NCBI RefSeq assembly: GCF_963921235.1
Contig: NC_086108.1
Location: 61,010,001 to 61,074,000, forward strand
Reading direction: 5' to 3'
Origin: Mobula hypostoma
Lineage: Eukaryota
DNA: 64,000 nt
The position numbers and the translations under genes are program-made. Shown here piece after piece: positions 36,255 through 49,019 of the stretch; the first letter of the stretch is position 1; each line of letters opens with the position of its first letter. Under the pieces are notes generated by a model. It made no database searches, was not told the origin of the DNA, and saw only the letters and a list, made by a program, of their open reading frames with translations.

Positions 36255-37880
36255 GGCTTTTGCTCTTTCGGCTCCTCCCAATTCCTCCAAAGCCAAGGTG
36301 TAGCCACACGTACCTGCATGCACCCCAGCTATGCCTGCCTTGTTATCTGCTTTGTGGAACAGCCCATGTTCCCAACCTAACCTAGCAACGCTCCCCAACA
36401 CTTTCTACACCACATTGACATTACAATGTTACTGCTTTTTACACCCATGCTGAGCTCATCAAACTCATCAACTTTTCCTCCATCTTCCACTCTGCCCTCG
36501 AGTTTAATTAGTTCATCTCTGACACCTCTCTCCCCTTTCTCAATCTCTCTGTCTCCTTTTCTGATTTTAGGCTACCTATTGATATATTTTATAAACCTAA
36601 TGACTCTCACAGCTATCTTGACTCTTCCCACCCTGGCAGTTGTAAAAGTGCTGTTCATGTCTCAATTCCTCTGTCACCACTACGTCTGTTCTCAGGATGA
36701 GGTTTTCCATTCTAGAACATCTGAGATGTCCTCCTTCTTCAAAGAGTGAGGTTTCCTTTCAACCACCATTGATATTGCCCTCACCTGCATTTCCTTCACT
36801 TCCTGCACATTTGCCCTCACCTCATCCGTCTGTCCTTACCCTCCACTTAGGATTCCCCTTGTCCTTACCTTCCACCAGTCAAGCCTCAGTATCTAGCACG
36901 TCATTATTTGTAACTTTTACCATCTACAACGGGATCCTACCACACATCTTTCCTTCTCCACCTCCCCCCAACCCTTAACTTTCCACAGGGATTGCTCTCT
37001 ACGTAACTCCCTTGTCCACTCATCCCTCTCTATTGATCTCCCTCCTGGCACATGTCGCAGCAGGTGTAACAAGTGCCGCATCTACACCTCTTTCCTCATC
37101 AGCATTCAGGGCCTCAGCAGTCCTTCCAGGTAAGGCAATACTTCACCTGCGAGTCTTCCGGGGTCATCTACTATATGCAGTGTTCCCAGTATGGCCTCCT
37201 CTGCAAAGGTGAGACCCAGTGTAGATTGGGAAACTGTTTTGTTGAGCACCATCACCCCATATGCCCTCAGAGATTTTCCAGTGACTACCCTTTTCAATTT
37301 GATATCCCATTCACATTCTGACATGTTTGTCTATGGCCTCCTCAACTATCCCGATATTCACACTTAGGTTGGAGTGCAAGAGCTCATATTCTGTTAGGGT
37401 AGCCTCCAACTTGATGACATAAACATTGATCTAAGTTCTCCCCTCCCTGCTTTTCTCTTTTTTCAATTCCCACTTTGTTTCCCCTGTCACCTCTTCTCCT
37501 CCCATGCCATCACCTCCCTTTGGTGCCCCTCTTCCTTCCCTTTCTTCCATGGTCCTCTGTCCTCACTTATGAGATTCCTTCTTTTTTCTGTACTTTACCT
37601 CTTCCACTTATCACCTCCCAGTTTCTTACTTCAGCCCCCCATACACCCACCTACCTCACCTGGTTTCACCTATTACCTGCCAGCTTGTACTCTTTCACTT
37701 TCCTCCACCTTCTTATTCTGGCTTATTCCCCCTTCCTTTCCAGTCCTGATGAGGTGTCTCTGCCTGAAATGCCAACTGTTTATTCCTCTCCATAGGTTCT
37801 GCCTGACCTGCTGAGTTCCTTCGGTACTTAGTGTGTGTTGGCTAAGAATTCCAGCATTGAAAGAATCTTTTGTATTGATT
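36255..37880 (+). mobile_element. Old degenerate PLE (RT to 3' end)
   Basis: Frameshifted homology to 31496-33948 (QSFQVRQYFTCES, GETQCRLGNCFVEH); degenerate hammerhead near 37742. Confidence 0.85.
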
Positions 37881-38335
37881 AAAAGATTCTATTCTTTGTC
37901 ATTTTTGCATCTATGCCTCTGTAATTGCAGCTAGATCATACTCATTTACTTCTATTGATTCATCTTATTACAAGTATATATTACATTCAAATAATGAGTC
38001 TTTAGTTATGCCTTTTTTAACCATCTCTCACTACTCCAACTCAGTTTGATGGTGCATTTCTACCTTATAATACGATATCCCCTTCTGTCACACTCTGGTT
38101 ATCATTACCTATTTGCATTGCATTAGTTCTTTGATATTCTGAATTATCCCTCAGTTGAATCTTTGCTGCAGGAATCTCACATAATGTAAAACTACTTGGA
38201 CTTAGATCTCACTGGCATAAAATTATAACTAATGAAAGAATCTCTAGCATTACCAACAAAGTCTCATATCAGAACCTTGTGGTTATTTGCACAGTAAGCA
38301 CTGGATTTATTTCCACATGTTGTTTTTGTTTAAAG

Positions 38336-38522
38336 CTATAACATCTTAACAACTGAAATTGGAAGCCCGGTTTTGGACTCTGGATACAATGGATATTGCG
38401 AGTATGTGTACAATGGGGATTGGAGGGACCTGCGATATGATAGTGAATGCGAACGTCTCTACTATAATGATGATGAGAAATACTTCCGCATACCATACAA
38501 CGTATTCCTATATAGAATTGAG
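38336..38522 (+). CDS. C8A: C8 alpha exon 5 (MACPF start, C8 gamma-binding insertion)
   Basis: GYNILTTEIGSPVLDSGYNGYCEYVYNGDWRDLRYDSECERLYYNDDEKYFRIPYNVFLYRIE; AAG acceptor, GAG|GTAAGC donor. The RYDSxCERLYY segment is diagnostic of C8A among terminal complement components. Confidence 0.97.
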
Positions 38523-40419
38523 GTAAGCACTAAATCCAATTTGCAATTCAAACCCTTTCTCAATAGGTTATGAAATATGAAACAAATGAAAGCAAGGTAA
38601 GGGTTAGCATAATGTTCAGGTAAGGGTTTGTTACAGATAGTGAGCAGTCAGCTCAGGCAAGGGAGGTCTTTGAAGAACATAGCTTCTCTTTACAGAAGGG
38701 ACTGGAGCCATTTGGCAAACCTTGACAAGATAAGGATGCAAACAAACAATTCTAGGATAACACTTCCTTTTGGTTAGTTACTTTACTAATTCTGAAGTAT
38801 CATTGATCTTTAATGGGTAGATTCTATTGACTATTAATGCTGGTATTATTGTAATATGTTTGGTGACTGATCGTGTAAATAAAGGAATTGAACATACACA
38901 TGGTTATCAATTTGTCAGTGTCTACATCCTGTATTTTTTATACTGTTCTGTACAATTCTGCATAAAAATGGAATTTTTTTCTTCAAACTTCAAAACAGTG
39001 TGGTGACAGAGGTCACGTTGTTTTCTTATGCACAAGTAAATAAAGTGTAATTGAGGAACAAATGTGTTTTCTGAGTGCAGTTAATTGGCAAAAACTGTTG
39101 CTCCAAAGTGGTATTAGTAGTTATAATTAGACACCATTAATAAATGTTTTGGTCCATCATTACGGTCATGTGTTGATCTTCCAAACTAGAGTTAGCATAC
39201 CATTGCTACCAGTCAATGATTGACCCTTCTTCAATATTCATTCTTATGCTGACTTGGTTCAATTATACTTTGTTAGAAAATCATTCACTTAGGGAGATGG
39301 AGTGTATCTCTGCATTGCCATCATTAACTTTAGGGAGATGGCGGCATATTGTTATAGAGATATAAGAGTTTATAGGAGAATTTATCGGAGCCAAGAAAAA
39401 GTAGTTGGAAAAACTCAGCTGGCTGCAGTGCATCATTGGAGACAAAGGAAAGTTTGATGGTTCAGATCAAAGTCCTGCATCACGTAAATGTGATAAACAG
39501 TCTCAACCCAAAACATTAAAGCTGCTTGACCAGCTGAGTTCTTGCATTTTGATTCTTGAAGTCTATTAATTGAATTTTCAGCATGACATTTTTGTACCAA
39601 GTTGCTGCAGCAGCTGTTAGATTAAAATCACATTTACCATTGGGCATCTGACAAATACTTTCAGGTAATATTGATTTATGTGAAGCTTGTAAACTGAAGG
39701 ATTAAATCACATATCAAGTTTCCTGCCTAACCTCTTGTGTTGGAGATCAGGCAGAAGTTTTACTGAGACCAGGATTCTTTCCCTTCTTCCTCATTGCTTC
39801 ACATCTAAAATAAATCCTCGTATACAACATTATAGTGTACTATTTGCCATATTGTACTGGAGAACAGTTCAAAAGTTTGACCAAGTTTGAAAATCACACA
39901 TTTACACCAGAATTTCCTGCACTGGTTCTTCTCTGAAGCAACCTTTAATCAAAAAATATGGTATCTTCTTCAAAGGTCTTTCTTTAATTGAGATGTCACA
40001 GGTCATTGAATCAGGGAGTCATTCATTCACAGCTTATAATCAATGCAATGGACCTGCATGAAGATGTTTGGGAATTCTTTCCACCATTTGGCCCTCTCCA
40101 CTAATTGGTATTAACTATTTTGGTGATAATGATTGTCGTGAGAAGAGGCTATCTTAGTTTTTATAACAGAGTTTTATTTTGTAGCCTTCTTGCACTAAAT
40201 AGCATCACTTGCCATTGAAGAATCCAAGCAGACAGTAAATGGTGGAGAATTACCTAATGCTCTATATACTGTGCTTAAGCAACCTGCAGTGAGTTGTAAA
40301 GCAGCTCATTTAGGTGTCCACAGTGCAGCAGAACATACTTTGCGGAGTTAAAAATCGCAATCTGATCCAATGTGCTTCGATTCTATCCAGTCTGTTATAA
40401 TATGGAGCAAGTAGGAATC

Positions 40420-40970
40420 TGTAATACATTAATGATTAATAATACATTTGTGTGGGGCAAGTCATGTCCTACTAACTTGATTGAATTTTTTGATGAGGTG
40501 ACAAGAGTGATTGATGAGGAAGAGCTGTAGATGTTGTCATCATGGATTTTAGTAGAGTGTTTGACAAGTTTCCTCATGGGAGGCTCATTCTAAAGACTAA
40601 GATGCACAGGATCAATGGTGAATTGGCCATTTCAATTCAGAACTGGCTTGTCCATGGAAGACAGAATGTAGTGGTTGAAGGGGTTTATTTTAGCTGGAGA
40701 TCTGTGATTAGCGGTGTTCCATGGGGACCTGTACTGGGACTTTCGCTGATTGAGATGCATAGAACTGAACTGGATTAAAATGTAAATGGATGGGTTAGTA
40801 AGTTTGCAGATATTACAAAGATTGGTGGTATTGTGGATAACGTAGATGACTTTTAAAGAATATGGTGGGATTTAGAACATTTGTATAAATTGGTGGAGAA
40901 ATGGCAGATGGAGCTTAACCCAGGCAAATTTAAAGTGTTTCACCTTGGTAGGTCATATGTAAGGAGACAT
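40420..40970 (+). mobile_element. CR1 RT fragment
   Basis: MDFSRVFDKFPHGRL...ISGVPWGPVLG. Confidence 0.85.
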
Positions 40971-41246
40971 GGAATTTTATGTCTACCGTGAGACTGCACA
41001 GAAGTGATCACAATATAAAACATAAACTGCATTGTCAGTGCCCAAAAAGCAGATTCTGCTGGAGGCTTACAACTTTGTCATTACATTACTGTTATTAGAC
41101 CTCGGTTTTGTTGTCTACTTTATTGTAACTGCACATTTAAGATGGATGGCCAACAAACATGAGTCACAGACTCAAATGTTAAGTTCGTAAAATTTCATCT
41201 ATTTATTATCTTTAACACTTCTATTTTTTTCCTGTTTTATTTTTAG

Positions 41247-41429
41247 GCACTTGCTGATTCTGGATTTACAGTGGAAGTTTACAGTGATGTTCACAGTTTA
41301 TTGACAGCAATGAGGAGGGTGATGTCATTTGAACTGGAATTCAGCTTGAAAATTACTGTAGTGAAAGGTTCTATTGGGTTTAGTGCCTACCACAATTTTG
41401 TTAGAAATCTGACCTCTTTAGTTGGGAAG
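41247..41429 (+). CDS. C8A: C8 alpha exon 6 (MACPF, TMH1)
   Basis: TTTTAG acceptor, AAG|GTGAGT donor, 61 codons, phase 0/0: ALADSGFTVEVYSDVHSLLTAMRRVMSFELEFSLKITVVKGSIGFSAYHNFVRNLTSLVGK. Confidence 0.93.
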
Positions 41430-41914
41430 GTGAGTAAATTGCAGATAATATCTTCAATCTATTCAAGATGAAATTATTTAGGAAGAGATAAAATGGTTAA
41501 AGCATTTTCTATATTTTCTTAAGACAGAAAAAACTCTCGATTGGAATAAGAAATTTTCTGCTGTGCATTTGTTATAGTTTTCTTCTATATTACATTTACA
41601 AATTGAATTTCATCGGAAAAATTTATATTATTTGTTTAAGGTAAAAGGAAACAAAATTAAGCAAAAGGATCATAAGATAGTCTCCATATAAACTGCAGTT
41701 GGTCTTGTGGAATTATAAGCAGTTAAAATAAGGCACAGAGTACCCTGATCATTAAGTTAAAAAGCAATGCACAGTGCATGTACATTTATGTAAAATATGT
41801 ACCCCATGACTTTGTGAGAAATGCAGCTGAAATAAACTATCTACTATTATCAGTTGCACACAGACTATATCTATAATGAATAATTTGAGATTCTTTGAAA
41901 TTAGTTATAAATAA

Positions 41915-44680
41915 TTTGTAAAGTAAAAGTAAAAGCAAAAGAGAGGGCATTCAAAGAAGCCAGAGCTAGTGGGAAGATAGAGGGTTGGGAAGCTTTTAAA
42001 AAACTTGCAGAAGGAAACTAAGAAGGTCATTATAGGAAGGAAAAGATGAATTATGAAAGGAAGCTAGCGACTAATATCAAAGATAATACTAAAAGCTTTT
42101 TTAAGTATACAAAGGGTAAAAGAGAGTCGAGGGTAGATATAGGACGAATACAAAATGACGCTGGAGGTATTGTAGTGAAAGGTGCAGAGGCAGCAGAGGA
42201 ACTGAATGCGTATTTTGCATCATTCTTCACAGTGGAAGACGTCTGCAGTATAACAGACATTCAAGAGTTTTCAGGGAAGTGGCGTCTGTGCAGTGAAAAT
42301 TACAACTAACAAGGTGCTCAGGAAGCTTAATGGTCTGAGGGTGGATAAGTCTCCTGGACCTGATGGAATGCACCCTTGGGTTCTGAAGGAAGTAGCCTGA
42401 GAGATTGCTGAGGCATTAACGATGATCTTTCAAGAATCAATAGGTTCTGGCATTGTACCGGATGATCGGAAAATTGCAACTGTAACTCCGCTATTTAAGA
42501 AGGGTGGGGGGCAGCAGAAAGGAAACTATAGACCTGTCAGCCTGACATCAGTGGTTGGGAAGTTGTTGGAATTAATTGTTAGGAATGAGATTACGGAGTA
42601 CCTGGAGGCACATGAAAAGATAGGCCAAAGCCAGCATGATTTTCTGAAAGGAAAATCCTGCCTGACAACCCCACTGCAATTCTTTGAGGAAATTACAAGC
42701 AGAGTAGACAAAGAAGATGCAGTAGACGTGGTGTACTTGGATTTTCAGAAGGCCTTTGACAAGGTGCCACACATGAGGTGAAATTACGTAGGTGGAGCAT
42801 TGGCTGGTTGGCAGAAAACAGAGAGTGGGAATAACCTTGTGCAAGATACCCTGAAGGTTAACCTCCAGGTTGAATCGGTTGTGAAGAAGGTGAATGCAAT
42901 GTTGGCATTCATTTCTAGAGGTATAGAATATGAGAGCAGGGATGTGATGTTGAGGCTGTATAAGGCACTCATGAGACCACACTTGGAGTATTGTGTGCAG
43001 TTTTGGGCTCCTTATTTTAGAAAGGATATACTGACATTGGAGAGGGTTCGGAGAAGTTTCACGAGAATGATTCGAGGAATAAAAGGGTTACCATATCAGG
43101 AACGTCTGGCTGCTCTGAAGTTCAGGAGAATGAGGGGGGATCTCATAGAAGCATTCTGAATGTTAAAATGCCTGAACAGATTAGATATGGCAAAGTTATT
43201 TCCCATGATAGGGGAGAGGGCACAACTTCAGGATTGAAGGACATCCATTTAGAACAGAGATGTGGAGAAAGTACTTCAGTCAGGGCTGGTAAATCCGTGG
43301 AATTTGTTGCCATAAACGGCTGTGGAGGCCAAGTCATTGGGTGTATTTAAGGCAGAGATAGATAGGTTGGTGATCAGCCAGGGCATCAACGTGTATGAGG
43401 AGAAGGCAGGGGGGTGGGGATGACTGGAAGAGTTGGATCAGCCCATGATTGAATAGCGGTGCAGACTTGATAGGCTGATTGGCCTACTTCTGCTCCTATA
43501 TCTTATGGCCTTATGGAAAATTATTTATAATGGAGAAACTAAAGTCAGATGTATCAGTATTACAGTGGAGTAAAGGGTATTACAGAGTCTTGAGAGAGGA
43601 GCTGGCCAGAATTGATTGAAAAAGAACACCGGCAGGGATGATGGCAGAGCAGCAACGGCTGGAATTTCTGGAAGCAATCCAGAAGGCACAGGATATATAC
43701 ATCCTAAAGAGGAAGAAGTATTCTAAAGGAAAGATGACGTGGCTAACAAGTCAAAGCCAACATAAAAGCCAAAGAGAGTGCATATAATACAGCAAAAATT
43801 AGTAGGAGGTTAGAGGATTCTGACGTTTTAAAATACCACCAGAAGGAAACTAAAAAAAGTCATTAAGGTAAAGATAAAATATGATAGTAAGCTAGCCAAT
43901 AAAGTTAAAGCGGACACCAAAAGCTTCTGCAGATACATAAATTGTAAAAGAGAGGCGAGAGTGGATATCAAACTGCTGGAAAATGATGCTGGAAAGATTG
44001 TAATGGGGGCAACAAAATGGCGGATGAACGGATTAATTATTTTACATCACTCTTCACCATCAAAGACGCTAGCAGTATCGTGGAAGTTGCAGGTGTCAGG
44101 GGTCATGAAGTGTTTGAGGTTGCCATAACCAGAGAGAGAAGGCTCTTGGGAAGCTGAAAGGTCTGAAGGCAGATAAGTCATCTGGACCTGATGGTGTACA
44201 TCCCAGGGATTTGAAACAGGTGGTTGAAGGATTGTGGAAGCATTAGTAATGATCTTGCAAAAATCACTAGAATTCAGAATGAGGAGTGACCTCATTGAAA
44301 TTTATTGAATGGTGAAAGGCCTTGATACAGTGGATGTGGAGAGGATGTTTCCTGTGGTGGGAGAGTCTCAGACCAGAAGACACGGCCTCAGAATAGAGGG
44401 GCATCTATTTCGAATGGAGACAAGGAAGAATTTCTTTAGCTAGCGTGTGGTGAATCTGTAGAATTCTTTGCCACAGGCTGCTGTAGAGGCCAAGTCTTTA
44501 TATATATTTAAAGCAGAGGTTGATAGATTCTTGACTGGTCAGAGAATGAAGGGATACAGGGAGAAGGCAGGAATTTGGGGTTGAGAGGAAAATTGGATCA
44601 GCCATGAAGAAATGACAGAGTAGACTTGATGGGCCAATTGGCCTAATTCTGCTACTATATTTTCTGGTCTTATGGTCTTA
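41915..44680 (+). mobile_element. Two tandem, internally deleted CR1 copies (about 41915-43515 and 43516-44680)
   Basis: GNYRPVSLTSVVGKLLE, VYLDFQKAFDKVPH, RPHLEYCVQFW; each ends in a TCTTATGG-type tail. Confidence 0.9.
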
Positions 44681-45076
44681 TTCTTCACAATGATGGGCTT
44701 GCATGATGCAGCCCAGATCTAAATATGTAAGTTTGTACTATTGTTCTCCAAGATTTCAAAACCCACCATCTGCGAGATTGTGCTGGTGTCCTTACATCTT
44801 TTTGGGAACATACTGCAGACTCTACTGCTTGTAGTGATGAACAACTAGTCCTGAGATGGTCTCGTGCTTCCTGGAAGTGCTAGGATTTTCCTTTTTCTTT
44901 GTGAGTGAGCAGGTTTACTGTTATATTTTCAATGTCATTGAGGGTGTCCTATAAGTAAAGGAAACTGATTGGATTAGGCAACTGAAATGTTAATACAGTT
45001 TAATATTTACTACAAAATAATTAATAAAGGCATTTATAGACAAGAATTACATTTTAAAATATTGGCTTTTTTTTAG

Positions 45077-45317
45077 GATGTGAAATTTGTTCGTGTTCGA
45101 ACTAAAGTTCAAACTGCACACTTCAAAATGAAGAGATACAATTTGATTTTGAATGAAGAAATGGTTCAGTCCCTGATGAAACTTCCAGATGAATATAATT
45201 ATGGGATGTATTCTAAATTCATTGCCGATTATGGTACCCATTATTACACTTCAGGAGCCATGGGAGGTGTTTTTGAGTTCATCCTTGTGCTGAATCAGTA
45301 TACATTGCAACGAGCAG
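45077..45317 (+). CDS. C8A: C8 alpha exon 7 (MACPF core signature)
   Basis: DVKFVRVRTKVQTAHFKMKRYNLILNEEMVQSLMKLPDEYNYGMYSKFIADYGTHYYTSGAMGGVFEFILVLNQYTLQRA(G). Contains the YGTHY-x6-GG MACPF motif; TTTTAG acceptor, CAG|GTTTGT donor. Confidence 0.97.
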
Positions 45318-46136
45318 GTTTGTGACTGTTAATTCTCATGTTGCTCAAATAAAATTAATATTATGGAATTATTTTAAAATGAATTTCTAAATGTTAACGC
45401 TATTACTGTCCAATGTGGAGGGTTGCATTGCATAATGCTAGTACCACATTAATTTAAGGTTTGGAATCTCACCTTGGTGCAGCATTCAGCAAGGTAGCTT
45501 TAGGAATGTAAGAAGATAAAAAATTGAGCCCATTGAGCCTGCTCTGCCATTCGATAATATCATGGCTGATCTTGCCGTGGGCTCTGCTCCACTTATCTGG
45601 ATGTTCCTCATAACCCTTAATACCCCAGCTTTGCAAAAATCAACCAAACTGTCATAATTATATTTAATGAGGTATCATCTACTGCTGCACTGAATGGAGA
45701 ATTCCACAGATTCATTACTGTCTGGGAAAAACAGTTTCTCCTCATCTCTGTTGTAAATCTATTCACCCAAATCTTGAGGTGATGTCTCCTAGATTTAATC
45801 TCACAAGCCAGTGGAAGTAGCTTTTCTGTCTCTCTTATCCATCCTTTTCATAATTGTTTATGTTTCTATGGCATCCCCTCTCATTTCAGCCTATGACTCT
45901 CTTCATAGGCTAAACCCCCCATCTCCAGAATCAACCCAGTGCATCTCCTCTGCACCACCTTCAAAGCCAGTACATCTTTCCTCAAGTGAAGAAACCAGAA
46001 CTGCACATATTACTCCAGGTATAGCCTTATCAGTAGCCTGTACATTTGTAGCATAACTCCCTCTTCTTAAATTCAATCTCGCTCGCAATGAAGGCCAAAC
46101 TTCCATTTGACTTCTTGATAACTTGTTGCACTTGCA

Positions 46137-48818
46137 CTGGCAGGCGCTCTGTGAGCCACATGGAGAGGATATTGATGGGCTCACAGAGTGCATCACTGAT
46201 TACATCAACTTCTGTGTGGACTGCAATGTTCCGACAAGAACTGTCCTTTGTTATTCAAATAACAAGCCATGGGTAACAAAGGACATTAAGGACATCCTGA
46301 ATGCTAAAAAGAGGGCGTTTAGCGATGGAAATAGGGAGGAGCTGAGGGCAATACAGAGGGACCTGAAAGCCAGGATCAGGGAGGCTAAAGACTATACGAG
46401 GAAGCTTGAGTGGAAACTCCAGCAGAACAACATGAGAGAGGTCTGGAGGGGGATGAGGACCATCACTGGGTTCCAGCAAACTAGCAACAGAGGAGCTGAA
46501 GGCAGTGTGGACAGGGCCAATGAACTTAACCTGTTCTTTAACAGATTTGACATTGTGCCCCTGCCCATCCCCCACGAGTCATCTGTTGTCGGCCCCCAAC
46601 CACTCCCCTCCTACCCTTCCTCACAGTCCCCCACCCTGCTCTCATGACTATACCCCTTCCCCACATGAAACCACCACGGTGGGCTTCACAGCTGAACAGG
46701 TGAGAAGACAGCTGAAACGTCTCAACCCAAGCAAGGCTGTAGGACCGGATGGTGTCAGTACCAGGGTGCTCAAAGCCTGTGCCCCTCAGCTATGTGGAGT
46801 ACTTCGCCATGTATTCAACCTGAGCCTGAGGCTCCGGAGGGTTCCTGCTGTGGAAGACGTCCTGCCTCATTCCTGTGCCGAAGACGCGGCGCCCCAGTGG
46901 CCTCAGTGACTACAGGCCGGTGGCATTGACCTCCCACATCATGAAGACCCTGGAGAGACTTGTTCTGGAGCTGCTCTGGCCTATGGTCAGGCCACACTTA
47001 GATCCCGGTGCGGCCTCTTCTACATCGGTGAAACCCGACGCAGGTTGGGGCACCGCTTCGTCGAGCACCTCCACTCCATCCGCCACACAGGCAGGGTCTC
47101 CCGGTAGCCACCCACTTCAACTCTGCTTCCCATTCCCATTCAGATATGTCCATACATGGTCTCCTCTACTGCCATGATGAGGCTAAACTCAGGTTGGAGG
47201 GGCAACACCTCATATACCGTCTAGGTAATCTCTAGCCCCTTGGTATGAGCATAGAATTCTCCAATTTCTGGTAATTCCCTCCCTCTCCCTTCTCTATCCC
47301 TATTTCACATCACCTCCCTCATAGTTCCGCCTCCTTCTACTACTGCACATTGTTCTCCTGCCAATCACCTCCCTGCTTCCCCTCCCCCACCCCCTTGTCT
47401 TTCAAATTACTGTTTTTTTCAACTACCAGCATTCTTCAAACCCTCTTCAAAGTTCTTCCTTCAGTCCTGACGAAGGGTTTCGGCTCGAAACGTCGATTAA
47501 TCTTTTCAACTGATGCTGACTGACTTGCTGAGTTCCTCCAGCGCATTGTGAGTGTTCCTTTGACAACAGCATCTGCAGATTATTTTGTGTTTACTTAGAT
47601 CCCCTCCAGTTTGCCTACCAGCCCTGACTAGGAGTTGAGGATGCCATCGTCTACCTGCTGAACCGTGTCTACGCCCACCTGGACAAGCCAGCGAGCACTG
47701 TGAGGGTCATGTTGTTTGACTTCTCCAGTGCGTTCAACACCATCCACCCTGCTCTGCTGGGGGAGAAGCTGACAGCGATGCAGGTGGATGCTCCCCTGGT
47801 GTCATGGATTATTGATTACCTGACTGGCAGACCACAGTACGTGTGCTTGCAACACTGTGTGTCTGACAGAGTGATCAGCAGCACTGGGGCTCCACAGGGG
47901 ACTATCTTGTCTCCCTTTCTCTTCACCATTTACACCTCGGACTTCAACTACTGCACAGAGTCTTGTCATATTCATAAGTTTTCTGATGACTCTGCCATAG
48001 TTGGATGCATCAGCAAGGGAGATGAGGCTGAGTACAGGGCTATGGTAGGAAACTTTGTCACATGGTGTGAGCAGAATTATCTGCAGCTTAACGTGAAAAA
48101 GACCAAGGAGCTGGTGGTAGACCTGAGGAGAGCTAAGGTACCGGTGACCCCTGTTTCCATCCAGGGGGTCAGGGTGGACATGGTGGAGGATTACAAACAC
48201 CTGGGGATAAGAATTGACAATAAACTGGACTGGTCAAAGAACACTGGCTGTCTACAAGAAGGGTCAGAGCCGTCTCTATTTCCTGAGGAGACTGAGGTCC
48301 TTTAACATCTGCCGGACGAGGCTGTGGTGGCCAGTGCTATCATGTTTGCAGTTGTGTGCTGGGGCAGCAGGCTGAGGGTAGCAGACACCAACAGAATCAA
48401 CAAACTCATCCGTAAGGCCAGTGATGTTGTGGAGATAGAACTGGACTCTCTCACGGTGGTGTCTGGAAAGAGGATGCTGTCGAAGCTGCACGCCATCTTG
48501 GACAATGTCTCCCATCCACTACATAATGTATTGGTTGGGCACAGGAGTACATTCAGCCAGAGACTCATTCCACCGAGATGTAGCACTGAGCGTCATAGGA
48601 AGTCATTCCTGCCTGTGGCCATCAAACTTTACAAATCCTCCCTTGGAGGGTCAGACACCCTGAGCCAATAGGCTGGTCCTGGACTTATTTCCTGGCATAA
48701 TTTACATATTACTATTTAACTATTTATGGTTTCATTACTATTTATTATTTATGGTGCAACTGTAACGAAAACTAATTTTCCCCGGGATCAATAAAGTATG
48801 ACTATGACTATGACTATG
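46137..48818 (+). mobile_element. Rex1/Babar LINE, 5'-truncated
   Basis: ITDYINFCVD..NNKPWVTK, DYRPVALTSHIMKTLER, DFSSAFNTI, GAPQGTILSP, KFSDDS. AATAAA + (ATGACT)n tail; ACTTGCA repeat at 46130-46136 and 48819-48825. Confidence 0.92.
47007..47592 (+). mobile_element. PLE 3' fragment nested in Rex1, with hammerhead at 47463-47498
   Basis: 11-bp TSD ACTTAGATCCC at 46996-47006 and 47593-47603; YIGET remnant; AGTC-CTGACGA...GAAA-CGTC-GATT. Confidence 0.9.
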
Positions 48819-49019
48819 ACTTGCAAACAATCCTTTTGTAAGGATGCTGTAATCTTTCACTATTTAATTACTAATCTAATATTTTACATTTCCTTCCAAA
48901 GTAGATGAGCTCACATTTACCAGTGTTGTGTTCTATCTTACAGACCCTTAACCACTCATTTAGCCTATCTATACCTCTCTGCAGACTGTCTGCATCCTCT
49001 GCACAATTTTTTTTTCCAC

